Both the position numbers and the translations under genes were made by a program. Below are positions 25,709 through 35,525 of a stretch of DNA of 47,728 nucleotides, one piece after another. The stretch's first letter is position 1; the number at the start of each line of letters is the position of its first letter. Origin of the DNA: a virus (lineage: Duplodnaviria > Caudoviricetes); IMG/VR virus record IMGVR_UViG_3300030043_000013, positions 1-47,728 of that record; one strand, written 5' to 3'. A model generated the notes under the pieces. That model saw only the letters and a list, made by a program, of their open reading frames with translations. It ran no database searches and was not told where the DNA came from.

Positions 25709-26376
25709 TTTCCGTCAAACTCCTCGACTTGTTTCATTTGTTCTGGTGAAAAATTGGGAATAAGCCCGCTGGAAAATTGTGTGCGCATTTCATCCTCGCT
25801 GTTGTGAAAAGTGCTCACTGTGCTTTGGACAGTGACAAGTTGGCCGCGATTGTTGAACATGCCCGCGCCAGAGTCGCCGTGATAGTTTTGAATGTCTATG
25901 ACAAGTTCAATAGGCGCGTCGTCGTGCGCTTGGGCAATCTTGACTACATAACCTTTTCGAAAAATGAAGAGTTTGCCTTCAGGGTTCCCCCACATATAAA
26001 GCTCATCTCCAATACCGACATCTTCCCCGAAAGTTGCCCACTTCTCAAATTTCTTATCCACTAGATAAATTGTATGGTCCAGTCCATCACGTGTCAGACC
26101 GATGATGCGGGAGTCTTCGCCGTCAATCATGATGTCCGTGGTGGGACGTTCGCAATGCGACGCGGTCAGCAAAGCGTGCGAACCGATTGCGGTCGCGCTG
26201 CATATCGCTGGCGGACCCACGACCGTTTCCTGAAAAGTGACATGGGCGTATTCACGAATTTGGGCAGCCAAAGTGCGTGTAGGCAACACTGGCTTGTCCG
26301 TTGCGGTTTGTCCGCGACCTGCTGTTACCATCAAAAGCGAGAGAATTGCGACTAACGCGATTCTGGCTAGGGTCAT
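25705..26376 (-). CDS. Secreted trypsin-like serine protease
   Basis: Signal peptide, LLTASHC, GDSGAG. Confidence 0.8.
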   Translation of the reverse strand: MTLARIALVAILSLLMVTAGRGQTATDKPVLPTRTLAAQIREYAHVTFQETVVGPPAICSATAIGSHALLTASHCERPTTDIMIDGEDSRIIGLTRDGLDHTIYLVDKKFEKWATFGEDVGIGDELYMWGNPEGKLFIFRKGYVVKIAQAHDDAPIELVIDIQNYHGDSGAGMFNNRGQLVTVQSTVSTFHNSEDEMRTQFSSGLIPNFSPEQMKQVEEFDGK

Positions 26377-26711
26377 AACGCTCCTCAATCCCACATTTAT
26401 ATTACCACAGTTTGGTGCGTCTGTCAAGGACCGTTTATTGGCGGTCGTACGAACCATCGACTCCGCGATTCTCGCCAGGCGAAAGAGGTTTAGCGGTAGA
26501 CATCGCGCCAATAGGCTCGTCGCGCTTCTGCATCACCTGGGCATCTGTAAGATGCTGGTTGCTGGTCTGGTCATTTTGCGGGGCCACGAATTTTCCATGA
26601 CGTTCTCGTACCCAAGCAGGTCGAATGTGTTCAATCGCCGCCCACGGCGATTTTGGTTGCAGGTCCTTAACTTCTTCTGAATCAGCCATTTGGGCTCCCT
26701 AAAAATAATTT

Positions 26712-27080
26712 GAAATAACGCTTGACAAAAATCGTAATGTCTGGCAAACTGTTCTTGTTAGATAGGAGGATTCAAAAATGAAAATCTTCAACGGCAAACT
26801 CGCTGCGCGAATAAGGGCGAACGAAGAACTGGTGCAGCGCTTCACGGTGCGGCTGACCACAGACAAGCCAGGTTTATCATTCACGTCAGCCGACTACCAC
26901 CGCGAAGTTGCGCCGATTCAGGAACGCATCAACAAAGACATCGCAACGTTGGCTGCCCACGGCTACGACAAGCGTGGCAAGAAGGTGCAGGGCTGATGCG
27001 CTGGCGAGTCCCAAAGAAATAACGCTTGACAAAAATCGTAATGTCTGGCAAACTGTTCTTGTTAGATAGGAGGATTCAAA
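26712..27080 (+). repeat. Identical 65-bp promoter+RBS direct repeat (26712-26776 and 27016-27080)
   Basis: GAAATAACGCTTGACAAAAATCGTAATGTCTGGCAAACT...AGGAGGATTCAAA occurs twice, each before an ATG. Confidence 0.9.
26778..26996 (+). CDS. Hypothetical basic protein
   Basis: AGGAGG RBS, 72 aa. Confidence 0.65.
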   Translation: MKIFNGKLAARIRANEELVQRFTVRLTTDKPGLSFTSADYHREVAPIQERINKDIATLAAHGYDKRGKKVQG

Positions 27081-27391
27081 TGTTGATACTTATCGCGGTC
27101 ATCTTGGTGCTGATTCTTTTCGCGGTCATCGACAAGGAGACCACTTTGGAGTGGATTATCGGGCTAACCAACACCGCCATTTTCCTGTCGATAGGGGCGG
27201 CGGTTCTTTGGGTTGGTTTTGTGGCTGGGCTGTGGATAGTAAACGTCGCTCGCAGCCCCATTCGCTCATGCCCTCAAGGTCAGGTCTGCTTTGTGTCTCA
27301 AAAAGATTGCCATGCCGTTGACAGCATTCCGGGAATCAAAACTTTGAACTCCGATGGCACTTGGACTGACGGCGGCTGCCCAACTAAGTAA
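27080..27391 (+). CDS. Membrane protein with Cys-rich C-terminus
   Basis: Two hydrophobic segments, 4 Cys; AGGAGG RBS. Confidence 0.65.
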   Translation: MLILIAVILVLILFAVIDKETTLEWIIGLTNTAIFLSIGAAVLWVGFVAGLWIVNVARSPIRSCPQGQVCFVSQKDCHAVDSIPGIKTLNSDGTWTDGGCPTK

Positions 27392-27405
27392 CAATCGAGG
27401 CTCTA

Positions 27406-27966
27406 ATGGACTTCTTATCGAAAGCGGAAGTCGAATCTGTGCTCCGTATCGCCTGGAAAGAGTCGGCGCGGGACCATCTGATGCTGCTGCTCAGCTTCGG
27501 GCACGCTCTCCGAGCCTCAGAAGTGGTCAATCTTCGCGTCAGGGACGTTCTGGACGGCACCATATACGTTGCCCGCCGTAAGGGTAGCCTGGCCACGGAC
27601 CAGCCCCTTCTGAAGTCTGCAAACGTGTTGTTCGATGAAGTCAAAGCTCTGTCTGTCTGGCTAATGGAACGTGGCGACCATCCCGGCCCGCTGTTCCCTT
27701 CCAAGGCGCACCAGGCCACAGGTGGCGCAATGTGGCGTCAGAATATCGCGCCCATCGTTTCCTACTACATGGGCAAAGCTGGAATCAAACCGGAGCTGGC
27801 ACATCACCACAGCTTCAAGCACGCCGCGATTTCTCACATGCGGCGAAGCGGAGTGTCCCTTGACCTTATCAAGCAATTCGCGGGACATCAGTGTTTGAGC
27901 AGTACCGTAATCTACACCAATGCTTCTGACGGCGAAGCTATGACCGCTTTCCAGGGGACGCTATGA
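27406..27966 (+). CDS. Tyrosine recombinase, catalytic domain only (FimB/FimE-like size)
   Basis: HALRASE, RRKGS, HSFKHA, GHQCLSSTVIY. Confidence 0.9.
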   Translation: MDFLSKAEVESVLRIAWKESARDHLMLLLSFGHALRASEVVNLRVRDVLDGTIYVARRKGSLATDQPLLKSANVLFDEVKALSVWLMERGDHPGPLFPSKAHQATGGAMWRQNIAPIVSYYMGKAGIKPELAHHHSFKHAAISHMRRSGVSLDLIKQFAGHQCLSSTVIYTNASDGEAMTAFQGTL

Positions 27967-28394
27967 GAAACTACGAGCACTCAGATTACCTTGATGCAAT
28001 CCAAGTTGCTCGCCTGCGCAAGAAAATTCGAATCGCGGTCAAAAACATTCGGAAGAAGTCAAACGTACGATTCGACTCTATCGCGTTTTGCGGCAATAGC
28101 GGTGCGCTGGTCGCGCCGGGCGTCGCATTGCAGATCAACAAGCATCTCATCTTGGTGCGCAAGGGAAAGAGCCACAGCAATCTTCAAGTCGAAGGCTTTC
28201 TAAGCAGGAAGTACATCATCTTGGACGATTTCGTTTTTCGCGGAATTACCGCGCGGCGAATTGTACGAAAAGTTAAAAACTTCTGCGGCGGTGAGTGTGT
28301 TGGTTTGTACCTGTACAACAGTCGCATTTTCATTACGCAGCCCAAACTCATCAAGAAAAAAATCTACCAGTTCAGAAAATCGGGGGCACTATGA
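27963..28394 (+). CDS. Phosphoribosyltransferase-like protein
   Basis: FDSIAFCGNSG..LVRK..YIILDDFVFRGIT (PRPP loop). Confidence 0.75.
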   Translation: MRNYEHSDYLDAIQVARLRKKIRIAVKNIRKKSNVRFDSIAFCGNSGALVAPGVALQINKHLILVRKGKSHSNLQVEGFLSRKYIILDDFVFRGITARRIVRKVKNFCGGECVGLYLYNSRIFITQPKLIKKKIYQFRKSGAL

Positions 28395-28554
28395 ACGCGG
28401 AAGAATTCACCAAGTTTCGCAACGCGCAATACGAAAAAGAATGCGCACATTTTAACGAGCGCTCCCAGGAATATTCTGTTACGTTTGAAGACAGGATTCA
28501 GCCGCTGGGAACGCCAATTGATTTGTGGTTTCTCAATTCGATAGGGGTGAGCCT

Positions 28555-29265
28555 GTGATTGACCGTCCGTTCGTGCACGCGGGGTACTTGGATATTCTCC
28601 AACCTCTAATTCTCCAGCAGCACATCGATGCCGCCGTGCAACAGTTTCAATGGAAGAATCTGGATTTCGATTCTCTGGCGTTCACTGGCGCAAGCGGGCT
28701 CATGTTCGGCCCCATGCTTGCCACCGCCCTTTGTAAAAATATGATTATGGTGCGAAAGCCGTACGAGCTTGCTTACAAAACCTGCCACAGTCCTTACCTG
28801 GTCGAAGGCTACGCTCGCTGCCGACGCTACGTCATCGTTGATGATTGCGTAGCAACAGGTTCGACTGCCCGCCACATCATTCGAAAAATCCGCGACTTCG
28901 CGCCGGAAGCAAAACTGGTGAACATATATTCCTACGGCGATATATACCACACCTGGGCAGATGATTTTCTGAAAGATTGGAGACTCACAGAAGCGCTCTA
29001 CGAATCTGTACCCAAAATCGAAGCGGCAGTCACTATCGCGGAATTGGATGACCCGACAGTGGCAGACGCGCCATCGGGACGGCTAGTAATGACAGAGGGT
29101 GAGCTAGCCTTGATGCGTGGAAAAGTTTCTGCATCTTCACTCGTGTTCGATACGGGTACAGGAAAAACTTGGTTCTCTCCTGAATTGACAGTGGCCGCAG
29201 CAGAAGCTTCCAGCAATGAGACACCTTCCGGCACGAGCCCGTTCGCTCCGCCAGAATCGCCCTGA
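28555..29265 (+). CDS. Phosphoribosyltransferase-like protein, paralog
   Basis: FDSLAFTGASG..MVRK..YVIVDDCVATGST. Confidence 0.8.
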   Translation: MIDRPFVHAGYLDILQPLILQQHIDAAVQQFQWKNLDFDSLAFTGASGLMFGPMLATALCKNMIMVRKPYELAYKTCHSPYLVEGYARCRRYVIVDDCVATGSTARHIIRKIRDFAPEAKLVNIYSYGDIYHTWADDFLKDWRLTEALYESVPKIEAAVTIAELDDPTVADAPSGRLVMTEGELALMRGKVSASSLVFDTGTGKTWFSPELTVAAAEASSNETPSGTSPFAPPESP

Positions 29266-29495
29266 GCCTGGCGCTTCGCGATTTCCTCTGCTATCGCGGC
29301 CTGCATCAACAAATTTTCATCCTCTGTGGTCGTAACGCGAAAAGCGTCGCGCGGAGCGGTTACTCCACGGGACGCTAGTGTTGTGCTTGATTCTTTTGTA
29401 GGTACGGGGTTGTCGCCGCGAGTCGCGCCGGGAGAAAAATCCCAGGGCGCTTGGCCCGCGTAACGTCCGCGCTTGTCCGCGTAGCTGATAGCCAC
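28998..29495 (-). CDS. Hypothetical protein overlapping the PRTase 3' end in antisense
   Basis: GGAG RBS; follows two small minus-strand ORFs (29499-29678, 29690-29857). Confidence 0.45.
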   Translation of the reverse strand: MAISYADKRGRYAGQAPWDFSPGATRGDNPVPTKESSTTLASRGVTAPRDAFRVTTTEDENLLMQAAIAEEIAKRQAQGDSGGANGLVPEGVSLLEASAAATVNSGENQVFPVPVSNTSEDAETFPRIKASSPSVITSRPDGASATVGSSNSAIVTAASILGTDS

Positions 29496-30169
29496 GGCTT
29501 ACTCCGTTACAACAGTGCTTGGCTTGCCGACTCCCAGGTTGGTGCGACCATCGCGCTGGCCGTTTGCTTTACGGCGCGCTTTCTCAGCCGGGCCTGGTTC
29601 GCGGCGCTTCGTTCCAGTCGGAATGCTCTGGTCGAGCAACGCTGTATCCTTCGTGACTTCCTTGTCTTTCTTAGCCATATTACGGGCTCCTAAACTTTGC
29701 GTCTTCCGCCAGATGCTCTCATTCGCGGTTTTACTTTTTCGGGCAGGGATTTGCCCTTCGATGCTTCATCCCACTCCTTCACGTCGATTCCTTGCTTTTC
29801 GAGCTTGGCTTTGTTCGCGTGAAAAAATTTTCTTTGCGCGTCCGATTTGTAAGGCATGGTCTACCAACCTACGCGAACATGCTTCGAACGACGACGTACC
29901 GTTTCTCTCGCCCACCCGTGGATGGTTTTATAAACGCGAGTGAACACGATAATGGCCCCAACTACTAAAAGCAATTTCACTGCATCTCCATTGCGGCTTC
30001 TTCTTCAGAAATTCCGTCTGTGGATTCACAATCCGGGCAGTTTTGACCAGCGGCAAGCCAGCGGGCAATAGCAGTCCAGGCGCATCTTCGCAGTTCCTTG
30101 ACGGTGCGCGGCTCCTCGATATTTCGAGGCTCCGTTATTTCTTCGTCAATCGCTGTCCAATGCATCGGA

Positions 30170-30376
30170 CTAAAAAATTGCCTTGATGCGCTTCAGCGCG
30201 GCGGCGTAGTCGGCCTTGACAGACGCGTCAACCTTAGAAGCAAGAGCCTCAAGCTTGACGACTTCTGCTTTCACGGCGGTCTCTACTGCGGACGCGGTGC
30301 CGTAGTGATACACGGCGTATCCTGCGGCCACGCCCAAAGCGACTACCAAAACTACGAGCAATGTTGAGACAATCAT
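30170..30376 (-). CDS. Small membrane-anchored protein
   Basis: N-terminal TM helix, AGGAG RBS. Confidence 0.6.
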   Translation of the reverse strand: MIVSTLLVVLVVALGVAAGYAVYHYGTASAVETAVKAEVVKLEALASKVDASVKADYAAALKRIKAIF

Positions 30377-30401
30377 TTTATTTCTCCTGTGAGTTTAGTT
30401 C

Positions 30402-30737
30402 CGAGGGAACACTATTCTGCTTGCGTGATGCAATCAGGCTGGCGCGATTCCAGCTTGGGTACTCAGGCGGGGGCCATCAAGTCGCGGTGCCCCTCGAAAT
30501 TTTGGTTGGCTATTAGTGTTGAATGGGTTCGTCTTACTAGAAGCGAATCCTTGCCCGGCCAACCAGCGGCCAAACTCTGAGAGCAGTCATCGCAGCATCG
30601 TCACGGCATTTCGGATAAGGGCAACTCTTGAGCACTGAAGTCTTCACAGGTCCGCGCGTTTGCGCTTAATGGACTGCCTCAGACTTGCAGGGAGTTTCCT
30701 AGTTACCAAAGCCAGCATCAGATGGCTCGTGCTCTCA
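30402..30737 (-). ncRNA. Cluster of three stem-closed ncRNA candidates
   Basis: Closing stems TGAGAGCA/TGCTCTCA, TGGTTGGC/GCCAACCA, CGAGGGGCAC/GTGTTCCCTCG; no credible ORF. Confidence 0.55.
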
Positions 30738-30762
30738 ATCTCTATAAAATCTACTTGCTGGA

Positions 30763-30939
30763 CTACGGGCGAAACACATCAAGTTTGCAGCGCGGACACT
30801 GCCGCGATTCGAAACCTTTTAGTCCCCTGACCAGCTCTAAGTGGTCCGTTCTCTTACAACCACCCGCCGTAAGTGCTTCATTGTATGGGATATCCTCATG
30901 CGGCGAGTCTTCTATTATCTTCGAAATGGCTGGGTCCAC
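30763..30939 (-). CDS. 58-aa possible Zn-binding protein
   Basis: GTG start after AGGAG; CPRC; downstream of TTGACA-17-TACACT (30967-30995). Confidence 0.5.
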   Translation of the reverse strand: MDPAISKIIEDSPHEDIPYNEALTAGGCKRTDHLELVRGLKGFESRQCPRCKLDVFRP

Positions 30940-31021
30940 TAAAACCGTCTCCTAATTGCTATGAATAGTGTATCACAGTGAGACGCGTTTGTCAAGGGGA
31001 AAATGAGCCGCGTCAAGTAAA

Positions 31022-31465
31022 TTATGAGATTGGCACAGCTTTCCGGATGCGCTCCGCGATAGCGCGCCCCGTCAGCATCAGCATGGGCAGGAATCCTTGC
31101 GACTCGAACCAGTCCAGTATGCGCCAGCGCTCGTTGTATCGTTGTTGATGCAGAGCCAGCCGCGCTTCCTCGGATACTTGCAAACGTGCCGTTTGCCGGT
31201 CCAAGGCTTTGCGCAAAACGTCGTTTTGGTTTCTTTCCCAAGTTACAGAAGTTCGCAAGTGAAAAATTTCGTCGCCCATAGTTTCTTTCTCTTTGAGCAG
31301 GTTTTCAGCTCTCTTCATGTTCTGCGCGCGAAGACCATCCGCCATATCGAAAGACACCTTATGAAAATCGAGGCTTGCCTCCAACTCCTCGATTTTCTTG
31401 TCCTGACGGAAAAGTTCAAACACAATTTTCTGCCAGTCTTTTTGCGATATCGTTACTGATTCCAC
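31022..31465 (-). CDS. Hypothetical coiled-coil protein
   Basis: 147-aa ORF. Confidence 0.55.
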   Translation of the reverse strand: MESVTISQKDWQKIVFELFRQDKKIEELEASLDFHKVSFDMADGLRAQNMKRAENLLKEKETMGDEIFHLRTSVTWERNQNDVLRKALDRQTARLQVSEEARLALHQQRYNERWRILDWFESQGFLPMLMLTGRAIAERIRKAVPIS

Positions 31466-32220
31466 TATTCACCATCCTTTTTCTGCTGGGCGGCCCCCGC
31501 TGGCTCGGACTCGTTGAGGATGGCCAGCAGCTTGTAGGCAATGTCGTGCGAAACACAGGTGCAGCGCATACTTTCCCGGAGCGCTGAACTCCACTGCCCT
31601 ATCTTGCAGCAAGGGCAATGCTCCAAACTTCCTGACAGTTCGCGTATCCTCGTCAGCTTGTCCATTTTGCCCTCAGTATCCGAACTCTTCGCGCGTCTCA
31701 CCCGGCCACAAACTCTCCGGTTTCGGCTCCAGATAATAACCCGGGCATTCGTGATCGCAGAGCGAGTTTGCCATCTCCATCGGCGCGGACCTGCCCACTG
31801 GTTTCTTGCGCTTGTGGCACACCGTGCAGTCCACCGCTACGCCTACCTGTTCGTCGCTCATGCTCGTCCATCATGAATGTATTTACCGGGCACGTTCAAG
31901 TTCACTGCCCACTCGTGCCTGGCCTCGATTGCTGAGTCCACTTGCGGGACGCGGGCACGATCAATCTGTTTAACGTGATGCGCTACGCTGCCGCGCAGTT
32001 CGACGTGCAGACTTGAAGGTGAAAATGGGTTGAGACTTTCCAGTAGCTTTCGCACGGTTCCTCCAGCATTCGTTGACTGTATCCGCCATCGAAATCAGCG
32101 ACACGTACACGATGATGAAAATAAGCTGAATCACGAGTTTGGCCCGAAGATGCAGAGCCAAATCAAAAGCACCACTATGACAGCAAGAAATAGAAGTATA
32201 ATCACGTTTCCTCGAATTAT

Positions 32221-33088
32221 TCCGAGGCTGCTTAAACAGCCTCGGAGATTTTACGCAGCCAGCGCGAACTGCATTGCTGGTCGTGCGTATCGCTTTGTGG
32301 TTTTTGCGATTGTGTTTTCCACCAGTTCGCGTTCTGTGGCAGAACTTCACAAATGCTTGGCCCACGTTGGCTTCTACACCAGACTGTTCTACAGGCTAGC
32401 GGCCCAGTCTGGCGAATTGTTCCCTGCGGACACCGACTTGCCCGCTTGAACTTGTTCGTCGGCTCAGGCGGGTCACAATCCCGCATCCAACAGCGCGCCC
32501 TTCGCGGTACCTCTAGCGCCGTCCCGATTCAGTTCCAGTCGGGTTAAGGTTTCAGAGCCAATTCTTGGTTCGTGCCTCCTGCTATTTTTAGGCTGCCAGC
32601 GTCTGATCGACGGGCGGTTGGGCTGTTCGCCTGGGACTTCCCTTTGCGTGTCCGCACTTCCTATGCGGGCAGGTAATCTCCCTTCAACCGTCACTGGACT
32701 TTCGCCACAGTATTAGCGGCACTCCGAATTCAGCAACCTGGCTGACTGTTGATTAGCGTCCGACATTCCACGGTGTCTTTTCACTACCCGGTATCCGCTT
32801 CCTGATTCGTACCCAACAGCACCAGTACTTCGCGTCGGCCAAATCCATAAGACCGCCGTTCGTCGCGTTGCCGATGAACCAGCAGGAAGCAAGCAGGGAC
32901 TAGCTGTATCGGTTGTGGGTGGTCATCCCATCAAAACCTTTTTGCTTCCTGCTCGTCCATCCCAAAAGCCTGTACTTGACAAGGCCAGGCTCTCAGTAAG
33001 TAACGAGCGTCGCTTTTAGCGAACAGGAACCATAAACACCTCCATTTGACTACATGGGTGATGCGCAACTTTCACGGCGTTCCTAACA
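32221..33088 (-). ncRNA. About 870-nt densely structured non-coding transcript or ncRNA cluster
   Basis: Starts after promoter 33094-33122; many inverted repeats; ends in hairpin TCCGAGGCTG/CAGCCTCGGA; no credible ORF. Confidence 0.6.
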
Positions 33089-33093
33089 CAACC

Positions 33094-33122
33094 AGTCTCT
33101 CATAAATCGACGTTCGTGTCAA
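33094..33122 (-). promoter_or_regulatory. sigma70-like promoter abutting cassette 2
   Basis: TTGACA-17nt-GAGACT with extended TG; the -10 is weak. Confidence 0.6.
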
Positions 33123-33133
33123 GCGTTATTTTG

Positions 33134-33348
33134 GGGAATTATATATTTCACTCCCTTAGAAACGTGAACCCCATTTCAAGTTCACGCGAATACGAAAGCA
33201 CTTAACATCAAAGATGTGGTCGCCGTTCGCACTACGGTCGTAGCCACCCCACCATGAAAAGAAATACCAAGGTAGCGGGATACGACTTACGTTGATATAC
33301 ATTCCAAATCTCCTGTGTTTTCTTGCGGGAGTCGTCTATATAATTCCC
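33134..33348 (-). mobile_element. Non-autonomous IS1595-type cassette 2 (215 bp)
   Basis: TIR GGGAATTATATA; 8-bp TSD TTATTTTG (33126-33133, 33349-33356). Confidence 0.9.
33156..33302 (-). CDS. Cassette 2 cargo, 48-aa aromatic-rich peptide
   Basis: MYINVSRIPLPWYFFSWWGGYDRSANGDHIFDVKCFRIRVNLKWGSRF; AGGAG RBS. Confidence 0.55.
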   Translation of the reverse strand: MYINVSRIPLPWYFFSWWGGYDRSANGDHIFDVKCFRIRVNLKWGSRF

Positions 33349-33360
33349 TTATTTTGAGCT

Positions 33361-33786
33361 TTATGCGAAAAATTGCTGCGCGCCGAAAGTGCCCAAAATT
33401 TGATGCGTGCGTGCTATTTGCTGCATCCAATTATCTGCGGGCAAGGATGCTACCTGTCCGAAGTACCGTGCGCCCGGCGTAGTCTGCGTGGCCGTGATAT
33501 CCTTGTACGAGCAGTCGTAAATTTTGTCGATGATGTTCAGCAGACCATCAGGATATGAAGTCAGCGATGGCTCTTCGAAGCCCGGCTCTGGTCGAGTTGG
33601 ATACGCTTTGAGAAAGTCTGCGCAAGCCAGCGCGTACGACGCGTACGTCTGCGCTTGCCCAGGTCGAATGACAACATGGTTGCGAATGGTGCAGGCCACT
33701 GCGGCCAGCTCGTTCACGTCGTTGCTTCGAGACAACATCCAAACTGCGCGGGCGAACAAAGCCGCTTCAAATGCTTGAGGTGTCAA
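33361..33786 (-). CDS. SleB/Hydrolase_2-like cell wall hydrolase homolog, apparently lacking the catalytic Glu
   Basis: ARAVWMLSR..AVACTIRNHV..DIT..GARYF..FGAQQFF. Confidence 0.55.
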   Translation of the reverse strand: MTPQAFEAALFARAVWMLSRSNDVNELAAVACTIRNHVVIRPGQAQTYASYALACADFLKAYPTRPEPGFEEPSLTSYPDGLLNIIDKIYDCSYKDITATQTTPGARYFGQVASLPADNWMQQIARTHQILGTFGAQQFFA

Positions 33787-34250
33787 TTCGATTCTCCCTG
33801 TGGCGCAGTCTTTTTGTACGGGCAGCGATATCCGTTTGCCCACTGACGCAAATGTTCGACGCAGCAGAACCAATGTTTCTTATGGCTAGCATCCGTGACT
33901 TCAAGCAACTCTTCTGCGCCGATGGTTTCCTGATCGTCGCGAATCTCCAGCTTCGAAGTACAGCCCTTGATGTCGCAAGTTATGGTCGTGAAGATGGCCA
34001 TTATCTTTTCCTCCGACGCGCTTTCGAAAACTCTTCTCGAAAACGCTGTAAGATTTCAATAGCTTTATCTATCTTCTTGATGGAATCCGGCGCGCTTGAA
34101 AAATACCACTCGATTTTTCTGTTGCAATCAGACAAATCAACTTCGCCCGTCACCCCTCTTCGCCCCCTGCGCACAGTGTATCCAACAGTTGACCCGCAAT
34201 CTAATGGGTCAAGGTATGATATCTCGCTTGCGTAAAGCATTCTTTTCATT

Positions 34251-34769
34251 CTACGCCAGACTCGGATACACGCGACGTGCTCGTGCTAGCAGCCCTGGCA
34301 GCTCCGCAGCAATATCTGTTCGACGTTTTGCCAAGTCCAGATAAAAATTCGCTTGCTCTGTGCGTAGCGCAGCAGCGAGCGCAGTCGGATTGCGCAGATT
34401 CGTCTGCTGCAAAGTCACTGGCCCCATATCGCCGTCGACATTCACGCCCAGAATCTCCTGAAGCATAATAACTTCACGAGCCTCGCCATCGTTGATGCTG
34501 AAGCTCAGCAAGCATGAAGCCACGTCATCAGACTCCACCTGGTCGCCAAGGAATCGATTCCAATATTCTCCGCGATAGATTTGCTCCGCTTCGAGCAAAG
34601 CCACTGCGGGCGCGGATGTATAGAAATCTGCGGGCAAGTTTGAGTGCTTCGTTTGCGCGACTCCGAATCGAGTGAGCCCGCCGCCGTCGCCCAAGTTTTT
34701 GACGATGCCCGACAGCGTGCTGTCTTCCTGCCGCATCACCCACTTGAATATCGGGTCGAAGTTGGCCAT
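34251..34769 (-). CDS. Glycoside hydrolase family 108 endolysin with PG-binding domain
   Basis: FKWVMRQED..DGGGLTRFGV..IYRGEYW..LQEILGVNVDGDMGPVT. Confidence 0.85.
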   Translation of the reverse strand: MANFDPIFKWVMRQEDSTLSGIVKNLGDGGGLTRFGVAQTKHSNLPADFYTSAPAVALLEAEQIYRGEYWNRFLGDQVESDDVASCLLSFSINDGEAREVIMLQEILGVNVDGDMGPVTLQQTNLRNPTALAAALRTEQANFYLDLAKRRTDIAAELPGLLARARRVYPSLA

Positions 34770-35525
34770 TAGAATATGTGCTGCTCGTGTGTGTCGGAGA
34801 TAAATACTATTTTCTTCACGAGAATATCTCGTTAGGGTCGTCGCTTCCGAACGTATCAGAGCTTCGTAGCGGCGGCAGAATATTTGCTGACCGAGTTTCG
34901 AGTACCGCAGGCTCCTGCATCAGCGGCGGGTCGACGGAGTCGATGGGCACGATAACATCCTCGTTGAATGAATTCTTGCCGATGCGCGTGCCCGGCTCCA
35001 GCAAGATGTCTTCTCCGTTCAGCTTCGCGTATTGCGCGCCTGCTGGCGGGGTGGGCAAAGGTGATGATACGAAGCGTGCATCGCTGCCCTGCATCGGGAA
35101 GATGATTGGCGCGGGTGCTTCCTTGCCGTCCATGACATCCAGAGCCGCCTGCATGGCGCGAGCCTGGCGTTGCAAGTTAGCCAGACGTTCGTTGGCCGCG
35201 TCTGCTTCGCTCTGGGCGCGCGCTATCTCTTGCGTCGTGGAAATCAGATTTTCTTCCGTCTGTTCTCTAAAGCTGCTCATGTTCTTCCCTCTAGTTTTGC
35301 GTCTCTCATTAAAAAACATTCCGGCAACCCTTGCGGGCACTTATGACAAATCGTCGCGTCATTCTCCATGCAGCTCACGCTTCTGCATTCCCAGGTGTCA
35401 TTGCACACCGTGCATCGATGCGTTCGCGTGTGAACTTCTTCCTTGCACTTCTGTTCCTTGAAGAGCCCGCCCTGCGCAGGTTTCTTACGCGGGCTCATTT
35501 ATGATAAACCAGCTTGTAGGGTCAT

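Noticed and set aside
30466-30827. Possible tmRNA (GGGGACTAAAAGGTTTCGAA start, GGCCCCC about 357 nt downstream)
   Set aside because: No T arm, no G3.U70 and no ACCA end; the 5' part lies inside an ORF with a good RBS.
31001-31025. Fourth IS1595-type end next to the promoter at 30995 (cgtcaagtaaatt)
   Set aside because: No GGGAATTATATA TIR, no partner end and no TSD.
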